From NCBI GenBank assembly GCA_021432655.1, contig MU271235.1, positions 109,073-129,072 of the forward strand: a DNA stretch of 20,000 nucleotides, read 5' to 3'. Positions 10,836-20,000 of the stretch are shown here, piece after piece. A program made the position numbers and the translations under genes. This stretch comes from Atractiella rhizophila (Eukaryota). Below the pieces are notes generated by a model. It was not told where the DNA came from. It made no database searches and saw only the letters and a program-made list of their open reading frames with translations. Every line of letters starts with the position of its first letter. The stretch's first letter is position 1.

Positions 10836-13242
10836 TTATGCGGAAGATGTAGAAGCACAACGAGAGCTAAATATGCGAACTAGCTCTTTAATTCTGCTGT
10901 CGCGGGTTTTGAATTGGGAAACAGAGACAGTTTCATATGGCTGTAACGCAATTCATTAGTTAGGATAGATGAGGAAGAGAAAAGATGCTCACGTTGTATT
11001 GTAACATGATCTTAAAATCCTCTGTGCCCCACTTTCGCTCGGGAGCTTGTGCGAATGCCTTGATTTCGTTTGCCACCATGCCTTCGATCATACTGATCCT
11101 ACTTTTGGCAGTAGCAATTTCTTCTTCGGTGTGAGTGCTAACTTTGCGACCTACTGCTTTCTTTTCTTTCGTCTTTGAGAGTTGGCTATTGGCAGGCTCT
11201 TTGCGTGGAGCAGGGCGCTTCCTCGTTTTTGCTTCGATGTGGAGCTTTGTTGTAGGAGGAATGGATTCGGGAGGAGAGATTGGATTGGCTGGATCTTGAG
11301 ATTGCGGATTGTCGGACGGATTTTGGTTCGTGTTTGGTTGGGACATCGACGTTGTGTAATCAGGGATGGATTTGGCCTGAACCTGCAAGTCATCATGTGG
11401 ATCGTGGTATGACGACCTTGCAGGAAGTTTGTTTGCCTCATTGTACTCTCCTTTGATGAGTTGATCGAGGATGGTTGAGACTGATTGTGTCTGCTAGGCT
11501 ATTCGGTTAGAGTTACACCATAGAAAGAGCAATAAACATACCGATGAAGTAGTTCCTCCTCCATCTGTCCATGCGAGACAAAGACTTTCCGCCAATCTTC
11601 CTAGATAATTGAAATCCAGAAGGAACGGCGTCGCCATGCCAGTGGAATCATTCGAATTCACTGCCGTGTTATATCGATCGCAAAAGCGCTGACTGACGTT
11701 GATTCCCTGCTTCACTGTCTCCAGAAGGCTTTGGATACTTGCCACAGATCCGACATTCTTCCACTCCCTCAGTTGCCAGAGCGTAGAAGCTCCTAACGAA
11801 TTGTGACCAATCGAGTCTCCGCGAGGACTTAATCGAAGGTCTTCAGACTGGAACAATTCTTCGTCGAAACCTTCTGGAGCGTCGAAATCATGGCAAGCTC
11901 CGGTCACAGAGGCACCCAGTTTTTCTGTAGCATTTTTCGCGACAAGACCATCAACTGAGGCGGAAGGAGGGGTCCCTCCCACGACAAAGAGGCTCAGACA
12001 CGATAGGTTCGTTCGTATAGCATTGTCGTGTGGAACTTTGGATTTGAGGACATCTAAAATATAATATCAGCTCGATGCAAGCATCCTTTAAGAGAGGGAA
12101 TACCAAGTACGTTCTTGAGCCTGTTTCCATGGACCAAGTCTTGGCCAGTCTCGCTGGGTTTTTCTGTTGTTCTATCCCTTACTGTGAGACAGTGTTCTTG
12201 GAAAGGGTAACGAACATAATGGCGTGAATTGAGTCGGATGGATTCACAGTTTTATCCTGTTCCAACAACTGTCAGATTCATCACATCAGTATTAAAACGA
12301 AGATGCCTGTCTTCACAGCGACTATGGCCTTTTGTACTCTCTTCGTCTTCGAAAAGCCCTCATCTGAGCACTATGTCAGCAACAGATATTGAGTAGAGGG
12401 TGTTACAAACCTGGACTTTGACCAGTTTTCTGTTTCTTCTGCTGGCCTCCTTCCTGCTCCTCCGCGCATCTCTTCTTCACCTTCTTCCTTTCTTCGCCCA
12501 CTTTCAGCTTCTTGTTCTTTAAAGCTCTTTCGAAGAAGATCCTCCCCATCCAATCGCTCTGGCCCAGACACAGAACGGAGCGATACTTCTCCTCCAGCTT
12601 ACGAAGACAGCGATTCAGAGTCTTCGGGTTTTGTCCTTTGATAGTTTCCGTTCTGTCGAGGTGTTGAGTGCACATTGTGGAAGCGGCTTGCTGAATAACT
12701 TCAGCCTCAGACTGTGAGAGCGGCGTGATTTCGCTGATCTGTTCGTCTTCGATTTTGGCATGAAAGAGGCAGGTGGTGGGAGACAGAGAGTTGTTCTGAT
12801 GCGCGCTCTTGGTGTTTTGGACGGCGTCTTGTCGTTTCCAGTAGATTCCTAGTTCCTTCGCTTGCTCTTCATCAATGATGGGGACGTAGACCTCATCATA
12901 CTGTGGGCTCCAGGCCATCGTCTCCGTCACGTAGCTTGGGGAGACTGTTGCGGTAGAGTTGGATAATGGGTTGCTCAGTGTGGGAGGAGGAGCTGTGAAA
13001 TAAATCGTATTAGGAATAGACGGACCGCGAATCCGAAGTTTGTCCAGTTCTATCCGGACCCTTTCCACCTCCTCATTTCGCTCCCTGTACAGCGCTTTCC
13101 ATTTTTCCACTTCCTCCACCTTGACCTCTAAATCAAAAATCCTATTCCTAAGCTCGACAACGTAGGGGTGATTCAAGAGTTGGTATTTGCTTGCCGTGTT
13201 GAGGCGTTCAATAAAAGCGGCTTCTGACGTATCGTCCTCCAT
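10836..13242 (-). CDS. Transposon second gene (putative TnpA-like accessory protein), ~700 aa, at least 7 exons
   Basis: Introns 12364-12410, ~12257-12316 (donor uncertain), 12172-12215, 12054-12103, 11494-11541 and 10941-10992 join ORFs 12403-13242, 11494-11982 and 10960-11388 in a single frame. Has an N-terminal coiled coil, a helical region ending LEEKYRSVLCLGQSDWMGRIFF, and basic NLS-like tracts. Extra exons are possible (5' to ~13492, 3' to ~10594). Confidence 0.7.
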
Positions 13243-13564
13243 CGAGAAGAGAGCCTACATGTAGATATACAGTTTGAAACGGATGGGGAGTAGGGGAGGG
13301 GATTATCAACTGGAGGGGATTGTGTATTAGGAAATGTGACTTCCAAAATCAATGTCGTGACACGCTCTGCTAAGTCGGCGTTAAACACGTCAAATACGTC
13401 AAATAATAACGTTTCTATCTTACCCAAATCACCTCAAGATGGCCTTGTTGCAGTGAGCTTATGATGCGACGTATTGTTATATCAAGCCCCATCTATTTCA
13501 TCGCTCTCAGTTTCATTCTATTTCTTATAAGCGAACTGGCCTTAACCTCCACCGGCGAAAGTGA

Positions 13565-16500
13565 ATGACGACCTCAAACCAGTCCGTTGACCACAAAACA
13601 TCCCAGAAGCCCCGAGCCCGTGACCGTAATACGGCTATTGCAAAAGCAAGGCGAGCGACGAAGGCAAATGCAATTTTTGAGAGGGATAATATCGCTCTTC
13701 AAAAGGTAGAGGGTCGCCGTGTTGGACGAGGGGAAACAACTATCCCGTTTGGAATCAAACTGAAGCTTCGTCCAACGGTCTTGAAACACACAAAGGCATC
13801 GGGGGCAGCTGGTGAGGATGTTGATATGGAGCTTGGAGCTGCAGATACAGTCCCCAGTAACGACATCTTCAACGTCGATGATATCCAAGAAGCTCCTCCT
13901 GACGATGATCTGATGGCTGCCGGTGGCTTGGATTTGAGCCGGGGATTCGAGGAGGGAGATGGCGAGAGAGACGATGCTGGGATGGAAGGGATCTTGGGCG
14001 AGGCGGACGGGGTGGAAGGTGACGAATATGTATTCGACAAAGAGGAAGACAAAGAGGTCCCTGTCTACGACAGCGTTGGAGGACTAGCCATTGCAACTGA
14101 ACTGAACAAGGACACTACTTTAGAGTAAGCTTGGATATGAGAATAGCATCGAAAAATACTCACAATGAGCAACAGGGACGTGCGAAAACTCCTTCTTCCG
14201 CAAATGGAAGTCGAAAGCGAAACACGGAGTCGACCTATAGGACCCGACGACATTCGCCCTCTGTCCGAAAAGGAGCGCAACACATTGTCTGAGTTCCGTG
14301 TGCATGTCAGCATAACGAAACTGTCCAAAGCTGGAAGGACCATCGCGAGAATTGGATCAACTCTGGCAAGGAAATGGGGACACTCACGGAGGCCAACCAC
14401 ATGCTTGAAGACCTCAGTGGGCTGAAAGGAGAATGGCTGCCCATGTGCGTCAACTCGCGTCTTTCCTAGACGCGAAATATTCCCATCTCGAAAAGTGTCC
14501 TCTTTCCCGCAAAGTCCAGAAAATTGAGAAAGCTTGCGAGCAACCTCGTAACGGTCCAACCACAAGTCGAACGGGCTTCCCCAACATCAGAGCCAAACTC
14601 CAGAGCAAGGCGCGCAAATTCTTCCTGTTCTGTAATCCAATCGCACGAATCAAGGCGATGTTTAAGGCGCCATCAACAGCGGAAGAAATGGGGAACTTTG
14701 CTCGGAGGATGGGGGAGACATTGGCCGCGACTGAAGCGCTCATGGACAAGCTAGGGAGGAAGTATCAATATGTCGATATCGAAAGCGGAACGGTCGCTCA
14801 ATCCCTCGTCGAAAAAGAAGCGGGTTTCCTGGAAGATATGCGAGAATCAGTATTCATATCCTCAACAGACGGTGCGAGTATACACGCAACCAGAAACAGC
14901 AACATCTGGTTTGTTATCCTCTCATTCCTTTCCTTTAATCCCGCAGAACGATACAAGAGAGTTCGTACCTTCTTCACCCTAGGAATTCCTGGTCCAAACA
15001 ACCCCGTCGATATCCTTTCTTTCTTCAGTACCTTCTATCGAGCAATGGCGTCGTTGAGCGGCGGTTTGTGGATGTGGGATGCTTCGAAGAGAGGGTGGTT
15101 CATTTGGAAAGGATGGCTGATTAACAAACTTGGTGCGTATGGTTGTGACAACTAGACTGAGACTGAGCAAGGCATAGCTGATATGCTGGGGTCGGCTAAA
15201 GTGAATGGACTCACGGGACATCAAGGGAAGTGTGGGTGTCGGTTCTGTAGAATCATTGGTCAACTACTTGGTGGCCACTACTACTATCCACTCACACTGA
15301 GGCATCAAGCTGATGGAACGATTCCTTCCAATCGACAAACAAGCTACGACCCTGAAAACCTTCCTCTTCGAACGACCGACGATTATCTCCAGGCCCTCAA
15401 GGACCTGGCCCTTGCTCCCAGCCAAACGTCGAGAGGCGAGGTAGCGAGGGATACAGGGGTAATGATGGCTTCGATCGCCTCTGGTTTGAAGACTTTCCGA
15501 GATCCGTGGTCGTTCTTTCCGGGAGATCTCTCTCATCTTAACTGGAAGAACAATGCGGAATTAATCTGGGATTGTTTAATGGGAGCGAACAAGCAGAAGG
15601 ACTTACCGGAACAATGGCATCCGTCTCCAAAGGTCCTGGAAGAGATCGGAACTCTGGTCGAAGCCGCCCGAAACGACATTCCTTACGCCTTCTCTCAGTC
15701 AGCTCCTCGCAACGTCGATAAGTTCCGAAACACTCAATACAAGATGCATGAGTGGTGGGACATCTTCGACTGGCTGCTGATTCCCCTGCTGTCATTGTTC
15801 GATAATTTTGGGGAGGATGTCAAGACGACAATTGATGAATTTGTGTATGCGTCTCGGATGTCCTGGCAACATTCGATAACGGAGCAGGAGAGGCTGGACA
15901 TAAAGGGGAGGTTCGCCAGGTTCGCGCAACGGTTCGAGGACGTCTTTGTTTACGATCAGCATAATCGAATATCTCGTCTTCCCATGTGTATGCATCACTT
16001 GCTTCACGTCGCCGACTGGATAGAGTGGTGGGGACCTCCAATTCTCTACTCACAGTTTCCGATGGAGAGTACGATTGGATTCCTGAAGGATCGGATTAAC
16101 CAGGATCGTTTGTATATGGAAAACTTACTGAATCAAGCGCTGGAGCAGGAACGCCTTGCCATTGTCAACATCCTCTATCCCCCCAATTCTACGGCTACAA
16201 CTTCCCGATTCCGAACCTTCAAGCCGGTAGGACGAAAGAACGGCGTGTGCTCACCTCGATACCCCTACATTCCGCTTACTAGGCTTAGGGGAGAACTCCG
16301 TGGGAGCCAATACTGGACAGAGTGGATTCAGGAGGTTCGCCTTGTTCGAGAGCTTTGTGCTTCACAAAACTGTGACTTGACGGGAGTCGACTTGGAAGGA
16401 GAGGTCGCGAAATGGGAGCATTGGGGCCGTTGTAAGTTGGAGAATGGTGACATGGTTCGTTGCCGAAGGCTCGAGAGGAATAGAGATCAAAACACGCGCC

Positions 16501-16944
16501 GTGCTCGGAGATTCGAGGTCTGTCATCTGCTATACACAAACATAAGTATCTGAAGGCAAGACAGGCAAGAGACGAAGCGGGACAGACAATTTTCGGAGAA
16601 GCCGTCCATTATCTGCGGATTCCCGCACATATTTTAGGCGAAAGCTGCATGGATAAATCTCGAGACCGTCTCTTCGTTCTTGCGCAGATGCTCCAACAGC
16701 TCGAGAGCGATTATCAGTCGGAAACCCTGTGCTATTGGACTACCCAATACCGACTGATACCTCTGGAGTGGCTTAGTAACTTGATAGGCATTTCCAAGCA
16801 AAAGATCAGAAAGAGGATACCTTTGTTTGGATCCTGCATCGTCACCACTCCGACAAACAAGAAACACACTTTTCGTGTGAGCCGGGAGCAGACGACGATC
16901 TCGTTGATGACAGTGAAGGAGTGGGTTTGGAGACACATGTATGA
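13565..16944 (+). CDS. CMC/CACTA (Tnp2-like) DDE transposase, ~1080 aa, 4 exons, three apparent 1-nt frameshifts
   Basis: Exons 13565-14124, 14176-15132, 15178-16517 and 16565-16944. Motifs: Cys cluster MCVN..KCP..CEQPR, SSTDGA (D1), GIPGPNNP, LADMLGSAK (D2, formed by splicing), GHQGKCGCRFC, GDLSHL (DxxH), HHLLHVADWIEWWGP and QFPMESTIG (E). Frameshifts near 14308, 14456 and 16792. Confidence 0.92.
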
Positions 16945-16970
16945 CTTCAGTTTCGCTGCGACTTCGATTC

Positions 16971-17640
16971 TCCAGCTGCAGGTTCAAGTTCGAAGAATAA
17001 GGACGTGTAATTGCGCGAATATATGCAACTAAGAGCATACAGTGACTACTGCCATGATTAGAAGCTGTACGTGGTTCATGGAAGTCAGAAGCGCACCTTA
17101 TCAATAACAACATTGACCGGGACCTGCCATCTTCCTCTTCCAAGCCGCTCCGTCTCCGACCCCCATCCACGACATCAAATCCGTCGCTTGGCATGAGCTT
17201 CCACAAGCCCTTGTGTGACGTTAAGACCCTCAATCGCGTAGTACTGCAATCTATCCGAAAGAGGGTAAGGAGGTGATATTGGAGGCAGAGCGTCGAGTAG
17301 GAGAAGGCTGTGAAATGAGAAGCTTGATCGGAATGTTCGAGGTCCAGCGCCGAATCCATCTCGTGGTAAAGGAGGGTCGGACGGACGTATGTGAGAGGTT
17401 TCTGCAACAAATCCAAATCATTGATCAGTACACGAAGAAAGGCATGAGATTGAATAGAAGCTAGCTTCGTCGCAGTGGTAAGTGCCTTGTCTCCATGTCC
17501 CGTACGCCGATCCTAGACCTGCTATGCTGCTGAATGTCGTTCGTTCCAATGTCACAAATGCGAACGAGAAGAAGCAGTGCGTGGCGAGGGACATCGGATT
17601 CGGGTCGTTCTGTTCGCTTGATAATGCAAATCTGGGTTAT
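16971..17640 (-). other. Possible additional spliced or degenerate gene in the right arm of the transposon
   Basis: Minus-strand splice signals (CTGAT...TTGCAG acceptor near 17403; GTGCGC..TTAG intron ~17028-17096) and long open frames. The correct reading frame cannot be fixed. Confidence 0.25.
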
Positions 17641-18118
17641 TCGAGGACAAAGGACAGGACAAAAGGAGGGAGGAAAGCAATAGGAAGGTCAAAGAGCAGG
17701 ACGCCGGGGTTGGAGTAAGCAACATAGCTGTGACATCAAAATGCATTGAGGGATGGAATAAGAAAGGAAAGTTGGTGGCTGCAGAGCAGGGCGAAATAGT
17801 AAGCGTGAGCTTCAAAAGCTTTCGCAGCTAACTGGGACTGGAAGGATACATGTGGAAGAGAAAAACACACCTGTTGCAATACCCCTCAACTGCTGAGGCA
17901 CTCATTGGATGGTGGAACAAGTTGATTGCGTTGTTCAACGTGCGCGGTTGGGCAGGGCAGACGCAAGTTGGGTTATTTGCTAGTAGTTGTCACTCGTCAA
18001 TTGGCTGATGCGGTTGATGTAATTGATGTAATTGATGAAAAACCGCCAAAGTTTCAAATCAAGCCCACAGCGTCCAGAAGTGTCTCGAAAGCCATTGAGA
18101 GCGTCATAAGGGTGTCTC

Positions 18119-18162
18119 CAGTGTCTACAAGGCGTCAAACCAGCAGCTGCAAGTTCCCAGGG
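18119..18162 (-). repeat. Right terminal inverted repeat (44 bp)
   Basis: Plus strand reads CAGTGTCTACAAGGCGTCAAACCAGCAGCTGCAAGTTCCCAGGG. Confidence 0.97.
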
Positions 18163-18169
18163 AGTTATT
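18163..18169 (+). repeat. Right target-site duplication AGTTATT
   Basis: Identical to 8052-8058. Confidence 0.9.
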
Positions 18170-19083
18170 CCTAGTAAAGTATAGCCTAATACCTTAGAGA
18201 AATCACCGGAAGACTCACCAGAGAGTGAGATGGTCGTTGACCAGTTGCGGGTTGTTCCAAATTCCCATGCAACGCTGCCAGACTGTCAGTTTGCGCAAAC
18301 CCGCGACTCCCCACGACCTCATCAAGGTCTCCCAGTCGGGAGATATTCTCGAGGTTGACGTAACACGTGTACATAAGGTGAGCTCGATCAAAGCGTCTCT
18401 TTTCGTGTTATTGGCCTGCTTATTTCTTTCTCCAGCCATAACCAGTCATTCAAGCTGGTCCAGGCATGATTGATTTTGAACAGCAGCAGGATATCCCAGG
18501 CTTCAAAGTGTGGAACGAAGCCTCCACCCAGCAAGAGAAAAAACGTGTTTTCTACCGCTAGTACATGCCAGTACATGCTAGATTTCTTTTTTACCGGTGA
18601 CCGTCACTGAGAGTGTGGTGTTTCTTCTCTTCTGAAGGATCGGAGGATTGCTCATACAGTGCCATTCTTTCAGCACGTTGTTACAAAGCGGATTCCTGAC
18701 TATAGCTATCGACACCAGTGTTGGTCTTTGTGGCCAACTTTCGTGCTCACATCTGCGCGTTTAATGTTGGAGGACCTGCTGCACCAGCACTGAAAACGTC
18801 TACGCCTCGCAAATACCTCTTTTTCGTTTGACCTGGTTCGTTTTCTCAGGCTTTAGGTCGTCCTCTCCTCAACTTGTACGTCATCAAAAGCTAGGTACAA
18901 TATGAACCTGTAATATGAACCTGTAATAGGGGCTAACTGATCTCTTGTGATTCATTTGTCTCGCAATCTTTAATAGTACATTATTCGAAATTGGGAAATC
19001 GTGCTCTGCGTCTTCTTCAGCAAGAGTTTAGATTGCACAAGAGAAAACGCACAGGGAACCCCTAGTTAAAGGGATATCTGCTT

Positions 19084-19327
19084 TCATTTCTGACCGCAGT
19101 TGCACTTGCCAGCGTCGCAAGACGAGCAGCCTAGCATTCATCCACGATAACGTCAACCTTCTCGATTCAGGACAGGAGGCTGGAGGAGCAATAACGCACT
19201 GCTGCCGCAGGAACATTGGGCACCAGCAGTGCCGGAGCAGCTGCATTTGTCGTTGCTGCATCCACATCAGATTCCATTTTCATTGCAGTTTCAGAGTGAA
19301 TTCTGGAGCAGCGAACCTGCAAGGCAT
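19084..19327 (-). CDS. Metallothionein, 37 aa, 3 exons
   Basis: complement(join(19084..19130,19200..19255,19317..19327)); introns GTTCGC..CTGAT..CAG (61 nt) and GTGCGT..TTGAC..TAG (69 nt). Protein MPCSNDKCSCSGTAGAQCSCGSSCSSCDAGKCNCGQK* has 9 Cys, three CxC, one CxxC and no aromatic residues. Confidence 0.88.
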
Positions 19328-19674
19328 GATCTCGCTTTTGGTTGCAGTTGTTGATACTATTTGGTAGTCGGCGGAGGAGTCTCAAAGATCGAAATGAGGT
19401 GTCACGGGGGGGGAATCCTTGTCTCTACTCCTTTTATGACAGGGAGAACTTGATGGCTACGTCAAACACTGTCAGATGACGTGAGAGCGGGGGAAGAGGT
19501 CAGGCCAGCTGAAGTAGGCGCTGGCAGGACGAAGAGATCACGCTCTAATATCTCATTGCCCACGTCTGCGCATCTCCGACGACGGGTCGACGTCGTCCCT
19601 GCAAGGCGAGCATTGTGACTTTCGACATTCGTCCCTCTGGCCACCAAGGATCAGAACCTCACTCATCAATCACA

Positions 19675-20000
19675 ATGATTCCTTCAAGTTCCAAGGCTCT
19701 GCTCAATCCTGGACATTCATATGCCACAACTACCCACATCTCGTTCACCTATCACCAACAGATCATCTCCCCAGCTGCCTTCTCATACACGTACTACCTC
19801 TCCCTCCCTCCCGCCTATACGGAAGACTCCACGCGTCATTGGCCACTCCTCCTCTTCCTCCACGGTGCGGGCGAATCTCAACGGACCGCCGGGGAATCCT
19901 ATCCCGCTTTGAGGCACGGCGTGCCAAAAATCGTGCTCTGCTACGATCGTTGGAAGAGCGGGAAAGAGCCGAAGGTGGACATCCCCCAAGCAAGCAAGCT
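19675..20000 (+). CDS. Alpha/beta hydrolase (esterase/phospholipase/predicted peptidase type), 3'-partial
   Basis: Frame is open from ATG 19675 to the window end and includes YTYYLSLPPAYTEDSTRHWPLLLFLHGAGESQ...HGVPK, the typical PLLLFLHGxGE oxyanion-hole strand. Confidence 0.85.
   Translation, partial: MIPSSSKALLNPGHSYATTTHISFTYHQQIISPAAFSYTYYLSLPPAYTEDSTRHWPLLLFLHGAGESQRTAGESYPALRHGVPKIVLCYDRWKSGKEPKVDIPQASK

Larger units (their letters stand above)
8059..18162. mobile_element. 10.1-kb TIR DNA transposon, CMC/CACTA(EnSpm)-like with CCC...GGG termini
   Basis: 44-bp TIRs, flanking direct repeat AGTTATT, subterminal repeats and an internal Tnp2-like DDE transposase. Confidence 0.95.

Noticed and set aside
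10412..10870. AT-rich patch as a RIP-like mutation signature
   Set aside because: It coincides with the convergent 3' ends of two genes, and the rest of the element has normal GC content and no nonsense mutations.
13574..16539. Numerous antisense and alternative-frame ORFs over the transposase (and likewise over the F-box and CAX genes)
   Set aside because: Shadow ORFs of real coding sequence.
8059..18162. Classification as a Starship, Dada, hAT, Mutator or KDZ element, or a TET/JBP-linked element
   Set aside because: I saw no tyrosine recombinase or 2OG-Fe(II) dioxygenase motifs. True TIRs are present and the transposase motifs are CMC/Tnp2-type.
1..19327. Metal-homeostasis cluster (CAX plus metallothionein)
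   Set aside because: Only two genes, separated by unrelated genes, so the proximity is probably coincidental. No convincing metal-response element was identified upstream of the metallothionein.
19028..19385. ORF-track ORFs 19028-19267 and 19167-19385
   Set aside because: They are alternative frames overlapping the spliced metallothionein, which explains the region far better.

Overview
Eukaryotic, intron-rich fungal DNA (basidiomycete-like, mostly 44-70 nt GT-AG introns) with an N gap at 664-859. Host genes in order: the 3' part of a vacuolar Ca2+/H+ exchanger (VCX1/CAX), a small flavin-reductase-like gene, two tandem F-box paralogues, a 3-exon 37-aa metallothionein and the start of an alpha/beta hydrolase (the last two are absent from the ORF track). 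Half of the window is one 10,104-bp DNA transposon (8059-18162). It has 44-bp CCC-terminated TIRs (43/44 identical), a flanking AGTTATT direct repeat and a spliced CMC/CACTA-type (Tnp2-like) DDE transposase. It also carries a divergent ~700-aa multi-exon partner gene and two or three further spliced genes of unknown function. It appears to have inserted into a 5' intron of the second F-box gene. Several single-base frameshifts, mostly in homopolymers, look more like assembly errors than real gene decay.
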